Shown here: piece after piece, positions 8,376 through 17,109 of the stretch
How the letters are laid out: every line of letters starts with the position of its first letter
How positions within the stretch are numbered: the first letter of the stretch is position 1
Assembly: GCA_963934255.1 (NCBI GenBank)
Contig: CAWVXU010000016.1
Span: forward strand, 1 to 38,724
Length of the DNA stretch: 38,724 nt
Origin: an uncultured Fibrobacterales bacterium
GTDB lineage: Bacteria; Fibrobacterota; Fibrobacteria; Fibrobacterales; CAWVXU01
Direction of reading: 5' to 3'
Notes under the pieces: generated by a model
What the model was told of the DNA's origin: nothing
The model's database searches: none
Seen by the model: the letters and a program-made list of their open reading frames with translations, nothing else
Program-made: the position numbers and the translations under genes

Positions 8376-9053
8376 ATGGGCCTGTCTAGTCAAAAGAATC
8401 GGTATCGTTCATCAGAAGGTGGTGAAGAGAATATTGATGATTGGATGGCAACTTATGCCGACATGATCACACTTTTGATGTGTTTTTTCTTATTACTCAT
8501 ATCTGTATCTGAGCCAAATATGGCCATATTTGAACAAATTAAATCCGGTCTTCGGTCTGAAATCGCCGGAACTAAGATTCAAGAAACCCCACTTGCTGAA
8601 ATCAAAAAAGACCTGGATTCAGTTCTTGTCGCTGAGCGTGCAGCTGGACTTGTCATGATAGAGCTCGGCAAAAAAGGGATTCGTATGGAGTTTGCAAGTT
8701 CTGCACTTTATGGCCCAGGTGAAGCTGATATTGGTGGAAGCGCCAAAGTGATGATGAAGAAAGTCTCCGATGCCATTAATGGAATTGATTACTTTAAGTT
8801 TGATGTAGATATTGAGGGACATACCGATGATATCCCAATCAATACAGCAAGGTTCCCGTCTAATTGGGAGCTTTCCGCGGCCCGTGCCACAGGAATTGTT
8901 AAATATCTCATTTCCGAGGAAATTGAGCCTGACAGATTAAAAGCTGCAGGGTATGCTGACACCAAGCCACTTGCTCCTAATCGGGATGAGGACGGTAAAT
9001 CAATTCCAGAAAATCAGGCTAAAAATCGCAGAATCGTGATGCAAATCCGATAA
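8376..9053 (+). CDS. motB: Stator B subunit (MotB/PomB family) with OmpA-like peptidoglycan-binding domain
   Basis: WMATYADMITLLMCFF with the conserved Asp; IEGHTDD, NWELSAARA and NRRI motifs; ATG directly follows the motA stop. Confidence 0.94.
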   Translation: MGLSSQKNRYRSSEGGEENIDDWMATYADMITLLMCFFLLLISVSEPNMAIFEQIKSGLRSEIAGTKIQETPLAEIKKDLDSVLVAERAAGLVMIELGKKGIRMEFASSALYGPGEADIGGSAKVMMKKVSDAINGIDYFKFDVDIEGHTDDIPINTARFPSNWELSAARATGIVKYLISEEIEPDRLKAAGYADTKPLAPNRDEDGKSIPENQAKNRRIVMQIR

Positions 9054-9188
9054 ATCAATTTCTCCCTTTGTAAACTCATGTAAAAGAACAAGATTAGAAC
9101 GGAAAAGGTTACTTTCCCTTTGTGTTTTAGTTCATTTAGTATATTTTTCGGGTAAATAAGGTCCTGAATTGTGTTCTAGGAGTTGTAA

Positions 9189-11579
9189 ATGCTTAAAGAT
9201 GTAAAATATTTGTTCACTATAGTGGCAGTGGTAACCTCATTTATGGGTTCTGTGTTTGCTCAAGGTAGTATCACCGTGCCACCAAATTGGCCTGAACAAA
9301 AAATGATGCTTGGCCTTGCATGGGCTTCAACTGAAGATGGTAAAGCTATTCAAGATCATGGTGGCTCCTTAACCAACTACTATACTTATCGTTATATTAA
9401 TGCTTCCAATGGGAGTTCAGCTGTATCTGAGATGTCTGATGCATCGTCGGTCTATCCTGGTCTACCAAAACAGTCGGTTATTACCCAGCTCTTCATTGAT
9501 GATGAAGTCAACGTTGCTCCCGCAGGGACTCGGAAAGATTTACTCATTACAAAACTACAAACACCAACATTTGCTGCAAACTTTTTTACTCAATTGTTCC
9601 AAGCAGCTGTGCACATTAATACGGCAGGTGCCCCAATCGTCGTACTTGAGCCAGATGCACTTGGATACATACTTCAAGCTCGGTTTCATTTAGAAGAAGA
9701 GGTTGCTCCAGTAGGAATTACCTCACCAGTTTTTACAGGTGCTATTCCTGTATTCGGAGAGGATGCAAAATACAAGAATATTCTTAACTTCCCTGCGGCT
9801 GTGAAACCCTCTTCCAATGGCTTAGGTCCTGAATTTGCTTTTTTGGAAGACTACCCTAATACCATTGCTGGATTTATGCGTGCGATGGTCAGAGCCTCAA
9901 AAGTACTGATGCCGACTGCAACTGTCACTGGTCACGCTGCTGCTTGGGCTGTCTATGCAGATGGGTGTTCTGGATCAGGAAGTGCTGAAGCACTTGGACA
10001 AGAAGTTGTCAACGGGAATGTTGATGTTTTAGGTACGCAGTCTGTGGTCACATGGGACCCTGCTGATGTTGAGTTAGCTGCACTTTCAAATGTTAAATTT
10101 ATGAGAGAGCTCTATGGTTGGGATCCTGTTAATAATACCCCTGCACTTGCTGGATTGGATTGGCCTCATGCTATTGCCGTTGAAAAAGGTAATTCTTTAG
10201 CATCTAGAGATGCTGGACTTATTCAATTTGGTCCAACTCAATTTGACGGTTCAGCTCAATTATATCCAGCTGATAGACCTGCAGCAGGGACGACTGCTCT
10301 TTACTGGGATCAAGTCAAGAATGATAAATGGTTAAATTGGGCTAAGAATATCTCTCATGGAATTAAACTACCACTCATTGCTTTACGAATCCCTGTTGGC
10401 AATGGGTCCTTAGTTCAAAATACAGCTTTTCATTATCAAGATACGTTCTTGGATTGGCTGTATAGTTCAGCAAACTGGACGATCCCCATTCCGGGTACTC
10501 CTATGGCGCCTATTTGGAACCCAAACAATTTAACAAATTTCAAAAATGCTGGCTTTGTCGGATTATTTATTGGACGTGATGGTTGGCCTGCAGCCGGCAC
10601 TCATTATGGTTCTAGAATTAACACAAAAGCCACAGGATATAACGGTACTCCACCAGATTCAATTATTACCGGTGATAATGGATTTGCAATCACAACTTTT
10701 CAACAAAAAGACATGTCTTTAGCACCAGTGCCAGTTGATTTTGATGAAACAAATTTTGCGACATTCACTGGTTTTTGTGATTTAACAGAAACGACGGTAA
10801 AAGTTGCAACTCGTGGTACCGTAATTGCAACGACAAGTACTGGAACTCAAGTATTAGGAGCTGGAAATATTGCTAAGAATAACGATGATTTCCTGAGTGA
10901 AAACGAATTTCCTGAAGAATTAAAGAACAACACGATTATATTCTATAATGATGGCATGCCATTTACTCCTAACTTTAACAGATTAGAAGTAGTTGACCCC
11001 GTCACAGATTTACCTATTTCAGGTAAATTGTCGACGAGTAATGTGAACCTTACCCAACCACTTAGTGGTGAAGTAACAGCTGCTTTAGAGGGCCTTTCTG
11101 AAATGTGGATTGATATTGAAATGGAAGTTCCAGGAATGGAGTTTGCTTTAGACAACAATGTTGATCTTGGTGATCGTATCAAGAGTATTTACCCAATGTC
11201 TTATCGTTTTGATCTTTATGATCATACTGGCCAGTTTGTCGCTAGTGATTCTGGTACTATATCAGAGCAAGATTTAATCAGACTTTCATCCAATGTTGAT
11301 AACAAGATGGTGACCAACCTTAATATGAGAATTCTTCCTACCAATGAAGATGGACGTCAATTGGGCACCGGTGTCTATATATTTAGAGGGTTCATCAAAG
11401 AAGAAGCCAAGTGGATGTGTGAGCCGGGAATTGACCTGATCAGTGGCAATCCCAATTCGCTCACACTTAAACAACTAGTCAATTTTGATGATTGTTTTGC
11501 TGCAGGTGGTACCTGGCTTGTTCGGACTCGTAACGCGGTTGTGGTTAAAGATAAAATACCTTATGTTCGAATACATTGA
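9189..11579 (+). CDS. Large secreted protein: putative glycoside-hydrolase-like domain plus Fibrobacter-type/FlgD-Ig-like C-terminal domain
   Basis: Signal peptide VFA-QG; AGGAG RBS; VVLEPDALGY, PNTIAGF, SRDAG, IPVGN and HYQD motifs; C-terminal FDLYDHTGQFV...EDGRQLGTGVYIFRG. Confidence 0.55.
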   Translation: MLKDVKYLFTIVAVVTSFMGSVFAQGSITVPPNWPEQKMMLGLAWASTEDGKAIQDHGGSLTNYYTYRYINASNGSSAVSEMSDASSVYPGLPKQSVITQLFIDDEVNVAPAGTRKDLLITKLQTPTFAANFFTQLFQAAVHINTAGAPIVVLEPDALGYILQARFHLEEEVAPVGITSPVFTGAIPVFGEDAKYKNILNFPAAVKPSSNGLGPEFAFLEDYPNTIAGFMRAMVRASKVLMPTATVTGHAAAWAVYADGCSGSGSAEALGQEVVNGNVDVLGTQSVVTWDPADVELAALSNVKFMRELYGWDPVNNTPALAGLDWPHAIAVEKGNSLASRDAGLIQFGPTQFDGSAQLYPADRPAAGTTALYWDQVKNDKWLNWAKNISHGIKLPLIALRIPVGNGSLVQNTAFHYQDTFLDWLYSSANWTIPIPGTPMAPIWNPNNLTNFKNAGFVGLFIGRDGWPAAGTHYGSRINTKATGYNGTPPDSIITGDNGFAITTFQQKDMSLAPVPVDFDETNFATFTGFCDLTETTVKVATRGTVIATTSTGTQVLGAGNIAKNNDDFLSENEFPEELKNNTIIFYNDGMPFTPNFNRLEVVDPVTDLPISGKLSTSNVNLTQPLSGEVTAALEGLSEMWIDIEMEVPGMEFALDNNVDLGDRIKSIYPMSYRFDLYDHTGQFVASDSGTISEQDLIRLSSNVDNKMVTNLNMRILPTNEDGRQLGTGVYIFRGFIKEEAKWMCEPGIDLISGNPNSLTLKQLVNFDDCFAAGGTWLVRTRNAVVVKDKIPYVRIH

Positions 11580-11604
11580 TATTGAATAAATGTTTTAATT
11601 ATAT

Positions 11605-11634
11605 GGCCTTGTACTCAGTACAGGGCCTTTTTTT
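11605..11634 (+). terminator. Rho-independent terminator
   Basis: GGCCTTGTAC-TCA-GTACAGGGCC stem followed by T7, 25 nt after the stop of 9189-11579. Confidence 0.85.
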
Positions 11635-11800
11635 GGGATTTAACAATACGCCCTTAGTTTTGGATAATCACCCTTAGGCGACCTCTAATAAGGCTTAAAA
11701 AGATAAGGCATCTGTCTCTCTGTTCATTGAGGATGGAGTCTGAAATTGGGTTTATAGGTCTTTAGAGAATGATGACGTTTAAATAAACCTGGGAAACTTA

Positions 11801-11860
11801 AAGATTTAATATTTTAAAAGGCTACCTCTTCGGAGATAGCCTTTTAAAATATTAAATCTT
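11801..11860. terminator. Long inverted repeat, probable (bidirectional) terminator
   Basis: 24-bp perfect arms AAGATTTAATATTTTAAAAGGCTA plus an inner stem and TTCG loop; lies 14 nt past the stop of the minus-strand gene. Confidence 0.8.
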
Positions 11861-11874
11861 GTTAGATAGAGTTC

Positions 11875-12576
11875 TTAAAATGAGTAAAAGATACCCATGT
11901 TTAAGGCATAATAAACGCCCGTATAATCAAAGGCAGGTGTATGACCTGGATCACCAGGGACCTCCTCAGCTGTATCTGTATTAATATTTTCAGTTAAATC
12001 GTCGTATGTGGAGAATGACCCACCAAGCTCAATTGAATAGTTAGCGCCTATAGTCGTTGAAAATTTTTGAGTGTATCCAATTTCAGTGAGTGGAGACCAA
12101 TTTTGATATGAAAATTCATAAGCAGTTGGGATTTTGTTTTTAAGACGTTCATACTTTGTTATGATGTGCCAAATTCTTAAGCCACCACCGTAAAATAACC
12201 CTTCGTCAATTTCATTCTTAAATTTTCGAATCTTAAGTCCGCTACCAATAACCACATTACTTGGGTTGAAATAGACCATAGTGCCATTTGCAGGAGTTGG
12301 AGGTTGCCCAAATGGTTGGTAAGAAAAAGGAATATTTACCTCACCAAGGCCATCGTTATATACGTAACCATATGCAATTGAGTAACCTACATGTTTGAAG
12401 CCAAATGCACCAGCATAGACATTCACCTCTAAATGATGATCCTTCTTAGCCCGGCCGAGTTTTTGACCAAATTCACTAGCACCGATGTATTTTTTTTGTG
12501 CAAAGGCTGCGCCCGACAGGCTAGCTACGATAACTATTGTACCCAAGATTGAGCTAAATGATTTTCTTGATTTCAT
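11875..12576 (-). CDS. Small outer-membrane beta-barrel protein
   Basis: Signal peptide AFA-QK; alternating aromatic/glycine strands (LFYGGGLR, EIGYT); C-terminal GIFYSF. Confidence 0.7.
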   Translation of the reverse strand: MKSRKSFSSILGTIVIVASLSGAAFAQKKYIGASEFGQKLGRAKKDHHLEVNVYAGAFGFKHVGYSIAYGYVYNDGLGEVNIPFSYQPFGQPPTPANGTMVYFNPSNVVIGSGLKIRKFKNEIDEGLFYGGGLRIWHIITKYERLKNKIPTAYEFSYQNWSPLTEIGYTQKFSTTIGANYSIELGGSFSTYDDLTENINTDTAEEVPGDPGHTPAFDYTGVYYALNMGIFYSF

Positions 12577-12721
12577 TTGAGAGTCTTCTACTTTAAATTC
12601 ATCACTAATCTATATTAAAATGCTCAAAGTTCACAAGAAAAGTGAAGTGTAAAATGGAGTTTACAATAAAAGCTTCTCATTTGAGCAGCCAAAAGTTTTT
12701 AATCAAATTGAACCAATATTT

Positions 12722-13147
12722 TTAGTCAGATAGGTGAGAGTGATGTCTGATTTCTACAGTAGCTCCAAGCATTTTTGATACACTACAGTATTTCTCCATA
12801 CTGAGCTCAACAGCCTTTTCGAGTTTTTTCATTGGTACATCACCTTTAGCGGTAAAGTGAAGGTCAATTGCTGTAAAAACTGAAGGAACTTCGTCCGCGC
12901 GATGACCTTCGACTGCAATATGTAAATCTTCAATGGCGACGCGTTGCTTTTTAAGGATGCTCAAGACATCAAATGACGAACAGCCGGCCAAACCCATCAG
13001 GATCATTTCCATAGGTCTCACGCCGTCTTCAGTGCCGCCGATAGCAGAAGGACCATCAATGATTGCAGACTTGCCAGCACTATTAATGCATTCAAATTTG
13101 AGAGGGCCAATTTGATTCAGTTCAATTTTTGTGATGCCAGTAGCCAT
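12722..13147 (-). CDS. OsmC-family protein (YhfA-like)
   Basis: GVRPMEMILMGLAGCSSFDV and SMEKYCSVS two-cysteine motifs. Confidence 0.93.
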   Translation of the reverse strand: MATGITKIELNQIGPLKFECINSAGKSAIIDGPSAIGGTEDGVRPMEMILMGLAGCSSFDVLSILKKQRVAIEDLHIAVEGHRADEVPSVFTAIDLHFTAKGDVPMKKLEKAVELSMEKYCSVSKMLGATVEIRHHSHLSD

Positions 13148-13467
13148 TAATTATCGGCCTCTTCAAGACCTTCATCTACTAGCTCATCAAAACCCTCCGA
13201 CAGAGCGATAACATTGGAAAACCCAATCTCTTCCAAAATTGGAGCCGCCATTTGAACTCGTTGTCCTGAACGACAATGAATGTAGGTTTTCTTTGATTTG
13301 TCGAAAGTCATATCCTCTGGCAATTCATAATTTCTTAATGTAGACAGAGGAACAAGTGAAGATGTTGTTAAATGACCATCTTCCCATTCGTCAATTTCTC
13401 TAATGTCAAAAAGTACAGCACTTCCAGATTTAATTTCTTCAATCATTTCTTTAATGTGGGCTTGCAT
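13147..13467 (-). CDS. Single-domain rhodanese (sulfurtransferase)
   Basis: DIREIDEWEDGHL and active-site loop HCRSGQR. Confidence 0.92.
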   Translation of the reverse strand: MQAHIKEMIEEIKSGSAVLFDIREIDEWEDGHLTTSSLVPLSTLRNYELPEDMTFDKSKKTYIHCRSGQRVQMAAPILEEIGFSNVIALSEGFDELVDEGLEEADN

Positions 13468-13486
13468 GTTGAGTCTCCTTTAATGT

Positions 13487-14362
13487 TTAGGCAAATAAAT
13501 CAGATGACAAATAGCGGTCGCCTTTGTCACATATAATACAAACTAATACGCCACTATCCAATTCGTTTGCCAGCTGTGAGGCAGCCCAAGCTGCACCACC
13601 TGCGCTCATACCACAAAAAACACCATCACTTGCGGCTAGTTTCCTTGTGGTCATTGTAGCATTGTATTCGTGTATGTCAATGATTCTGTCGACTCGATGT
13701 GGCTCATATATGCTCGGTAAATACTCTTTAGGCCAGCGCCTAATTCCTGGGATACTTGATTCATCAGTTGGTTGACAGCCTACAATTTGAATCTCAGGGT
13801 TTTGTTCTTTCAAATATCGACTTGTACCCATAATCGTCCCAGTTGTGCCCATAGCGGAGACAAAATGAGTGATTTCACCAGCAGTGTCTTTCCATATTTC
13901 AGGACCCGTGGTCTTGTAATGAGCCAAAGGGTTGTCGGGATTGGAGAATTGATCTAGCATATAGTGGCCATTTGCCACTAATTCTCTCGCGTAATCAATT
14001 GCGCCCTCCATTGAATCCTTGGCTGGCGTTAGGGTGACCTTGGCTCCAAAAGCTTCCATTGTGCGCACTCGTTCACGAGTAGCGTTATCAGGCATGATTA
14101 ATTCAAGTGATATACCTAACATCCTCGAAACCATTGCTAAGGCAATGCCTGTGTTGCCGGAAGTTGGTTCAACTAATTTGGTTGATTTATTAATATCACC
14201 ACGCTCTAAAGCGCTATTAATCATGTTGAAAGCAGCTCGATCTTTGACTGAGCTACCAGGGTTATTTCCTTCAAGCTTTCCGTAGATTTTCACCTTGGGG
14301 TTTGAGCTTAAAGAACATAATTCAACGAGAGGAGTGTTTCCAATGAGATCTGTAATTTTCAT
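13487..14362 (-). CDS. cysM: Cysteine synthase B
   Basis: IGNTPLV, KLEGNNPGSSVKDR (PLP Lys), EPTSGNTG, SAMGTTGT, IPGIRRW. Confidence 0.96.
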   Translation of the reverse strand: MKITDLIGNTPLVELCSLSSNPKVKIYGKLEGNNPGSSVKDRAAFNMINSALERGDINKSTKLVEPTSGNTGIALAMVSRMLGISLELIMPDNATRERVRTMEAFGAKVTLTPAKDSMEGAIDYARELVANGHYMLDQFSNPDNPLAHYKTTGPEIWKDTAGEITHFVSAMGTTGTIMGTSRYLKEQNPEIQIVGCQPTDESSIPGIRRWPKEYLPSIYEPHRVDRIIDIHEYNATMTTRKLAASDGVFCGMSAGGAAWAASQLANELDSGVLVCIICDKGDRYLSSDLFA

Positions 14363-14405
14363 AATAAAATAAGATTAACAATTAATAAAAATTATTGGGT
14401 GATTT

Positions 14406-15668
14406 TTAAAAACCAAGGCTTAATTCTCCTGCCCAACGTCTATTGGGTTTGTGTCCAGTGAAATAACCATCTTCATTGGCCCAGGTAGCTAGTTGGAGGT
14501 GAATATAGTGGGCTAATGAAAGTCCTGTGCCACCAGTCCAATAGCCCCCTTTAAACCCACCTGCAATCCGCGTTTCAAGTAGGTTGAGATTGAGCCAAGG
14601 AATTCCAAGCCAGGTTTGTTGGAGTTCAGCTCCCATATTCAAATGACTAAATGTTTTATAATTGCGGTCATTATTGATTGCGTCTGCAAAATCTACAGCA
14701 AAGTTTATTTTACGACCATGTAGTGTATTGCGTTGCCATTTTCTTGGAGAGAAAACCATACCTATGGTAAGATTGGGTGTAACTTTTTCTCCGTTAATGC
14801 CGTTAATAAAGATATTGGTGATTGAGCCACCTAAGCGGACTTCACGAGAATACTGGTAAAGCCCCCCTAAATCAAATCCATGATTCCATTTCTTGGGATT
14901 GATTACGTTATTTTGAGCTTCGTTAACTTGACCTTCGAGATTATTTATACTCATAACATCTTCAGGGTTTTCTAATATGATCGTTACTTCTTCTATGGAG
15001 AGTGGTACATTTTCTATTCGAGAGTTAATTAAGAGTCTATATCCAATCCCAACAGATAGTTGTGGATCGATTTCGTAGGCTGTTTGTAACTGTCCTTCAA
15101 TTGCTGCGTCTACATATTCAATTTCAGCCGCAGGTATCGCAATACCGGTGTCAAACAACATTTTCATTTCTGCTTGTGTCCAAAAAGCAGCGCCAAAATT
15201 GTGCATAGCCAAAGCCATTTCGTAACCAAGTCCGACCGGAATTGAAATACGATCTAAAAACGCCATGTCATTATAAAGATCTTCATCTGCTGCAATAGCT
15301 TCCTCTGGAGATACATCACCTGTACCGGCTAATGCATCAAAAGTTCCACTGTGTCCAGTATAAAAGTTTTTGAAGTCTGTTCCAATACCCAATATATCTG
15401 GCCCAACCCCTTGAAGACTAATTCTACCATCAAAGCTATTATTTCTATAATAACCAAGATCGGGCCGTTCTTCATACTCTCCTAATTTGTTCAAATTATT
15501 CAGTCCGGCGGGGTTATAGTAAATTGTATTGTAGTCATCTGCGACTGCTACAAAGGCGTTACCCATTGATAATGCTCTTAATGAATTATAGTTGGGTGCC
15601 GACTTTGTAAAAGCAGTGAATGGTATAGCTGTTAGGATTAGCCCGGAAATTAATATTCTGATATTCAT
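14406..15668 (-). CDS. Outer-membrane beta-barrel of the FadL/PorV/TraF-like superfamily
   Basis: RALSMGNAFVAVADDYNTIYYNPAGL N-terminal motif; ends ELSLGF; start moved to ATG 15668 (TAATG overlap with the upstream stop). Confidence 0.75.
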   Translation of the reverse strand: MNIRILISGLILTAIPFTAFTKSAPNYNSLRALSMGNAFVAVADDYNTIYYNPAGLNNLNKLGEYEERPDLGYYRNNSFDGRISLQGVGPDILGIGTDFKNFYTGHSGTFDALAGTGDVSPEEAIAADEDLYNDMAFLDRISIPVGLGYEMALAMHNFGAAFWTQAEMKMLFDTGIAIPAAEIEYVDAAIEGQLQTAYEIDPQLSVGIGYRLLINSRIENVPLSIEEVTIILENPEDVMSINNLEGQVNEAQNNVINPKKWNHGFDLGGLYQYSREVRLGGSITNIFINGINGEKVTPNLTIGMVFSPRKWQRNTLHGRKINFAVDFADAINNDRNYKTFSHLNMGAELQQTWLGIPWLNLNLLETRIAGGFKGGYWTGGTGLSLAHYIHLQLATWANEDGYFTGHKPNRRWAGELSLGF

Positions 15669-17005
15669 TACCAGCAACCTCCAATTAACGCTCTTCGTTG
15701 AGCGCGTGATATTTCGTTATTAACGTCTTCCATTATCAATGTTCTGATTGAATCAGCTGATGCTCGTCTTTGGTCTTGCTCGTCAATTGTTAATTCATCC
15801 AAAGAATCAAGATAGAGAATGTATTTTCCTGATTTGTTATACCCAAAGTTAGCAGTCAGTAATGACTCGCTGTTTAGTTCTTCGGCAGCTTCATCAGCCG
15901 TGTTATTCAAATTATTGTCGAATAAATCAGTTTCAGTAAATCTTGCATCTTCATCAATAATTCCATCGCCGTCATTATCAATTCTATCACGAATTTCTTC
16001 GTCAACACATCCATCGCCGTCATTATCTTCTTTGTCTGCGATTTTGTAGAAAGTTGCGATCGCTTGAGCCCGTTCTAATTCTTTTTGAAATTCAGGGGTT
16101 TCTGTATCAACTTGTTCACCATCTTCGGTCTGCAATAGGTCAGCTGGTATGTCAATAATATCTAGGTTTTCACCTAAAGTCTCAAGACTTCCATTGAAAT
16201 CATCAATATCTTCTTCTGCAATTGTCGTCAAGTCAAGATCACCTTTTGCTAGATTATCAAAAAACGCTGTATCATTAGTTATTTGACTTAGATTGCTAGC
16301 GATACTTGCAGTTTCAATCAGACTGAGTAGCATATATTCTGGATTGACCCTTACTGCTGTGACCTTTCCATCCATGATGGGAAATTCATTCGGCTTGTAA
16401 ATTGGGGCATCATGAGTGTGGTATTGATAATAGTAGAGTCGATAGTCTGCTAAAATAACTGAATCCTTTGCGCTTGCCATGACAATTGTTAATTCAACTG
16501 AGTCACCTGCAGCGAGGCTCACTGGGTCTTCGCTTGATTGATACTTATTAAATGTGACCCAAAGATCATTAATAGAATCTCTTCGAATAAGTTCAGTAAG
16601 TACAGCGGTGGTTGATTTAATCGCTGGAATATTACTAGCTAGGTCGCCTTGAACAAGATCAGTGATGGCGGTTAATGCGTCACCACTTTCGCTATTCATA
16701 GTGATCATTGCTTCAGATACAGTAACGGGATTAAAATTATCTGTTCTTAGTATTGCCTTTGATAAGCCATAATATGCCAGGGACTTACTTGAGTCTTTTT
16801 TGAGTGCATTTTCAAAAACTATGATAGCATCTTTGTTATCGCCTTGCTGCAGAAGGCTTTGACCATAAACAATTAATCCATCGGCATCGAGATCTACATT
16901 ATCTGCAGCACCTGATGGATTAAAAAGGTTTTGACACCCCATGATTACCAAACCTAAAGTGAACACTAGGGCTAATTGGGCTTTTATTCGAGGCATTTGC
17001 AACAT
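15668..17005 (-). CDS. Lipoprotein with N-terminal TPR and acidic DxDGDG (Ca-binding-like) repeats
   Basis: Lipobox VIMG-C; TPR (AIIVFENALKKDSSKSLAYYGLSKA); DNDGDGCVDEE and DNDGDGIIDED. Confidence 0.75.
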   Translation of the reverse strand: MLQMPRIKAQLALVFTLGLVIMGCQNLFNPSGAADNVDLDADGLIVYGQSLLQQGDNKDAIIVFENALKKDSSKSLAYYGLSKAILRTDNFNPVTVSEAMITMNSESGDALTAITDLVQGDLASNIPAIKSTTAVLTELIRRDSINDLWVTFNKYQSSEDPVSLAAGDSVELTIVMASAKDSVILADYRLYYYQYHTHDAPIYKPNEFPIMDGKVTAVRVNPEYMLLSLIETASIASNLSQITNDTAFFDNLAKGDLDLTTIAEEDIDDFNGSLETLGENLDIIDIPADLLQTEDGEQVDTETPEFQKELERAQAIATFYKIADKEDNDGDGCVDEEIRDRIDNDGDGIIDEDARFTETDLFDNNLNNTADEAAEELNSESLLTANFGYNKSGKYILYLDSLDELTIDEQDQRRASADSIRTLIMEDVNNEISRAQRRALIGGCW

Positions 17006-17109
17006 ACTTGACTCACCATTTCTACTTGATTACCTCTATTTTATCAAATCTATTGTCCTTTTTGCATACTTTTTAGATAAAAGTGATATAAAGTTTTAAA
17101 ATTACAAAG

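Noticed and set aside
7557..9053. MotA/MotB as Zorya ZorAB, ExbBD/TolQR or AglRQS
   Set aside because: The A subunit has the 4-TM flagellar layout with no long ZorA tail. The B subunit has the W..TYAD TM plus OmpA-like domain. A FliG-containing gene is in the same operon.
3979..9053. Ordinary flagellar operon fragment
   Set aside because: The FliF part lacks RBM1/2, FliG is fused and lacks EHPQR, and two non-flagellar genes are interleaved. It cannot be fully excluded without the rest of the genome.
14406..15668. Calling this barrel conjugative TraF or definite PorV
   Set aside because: No conjugation or T9SS core genes are in the window, and the N-terminal motif is shared across the superfamily.
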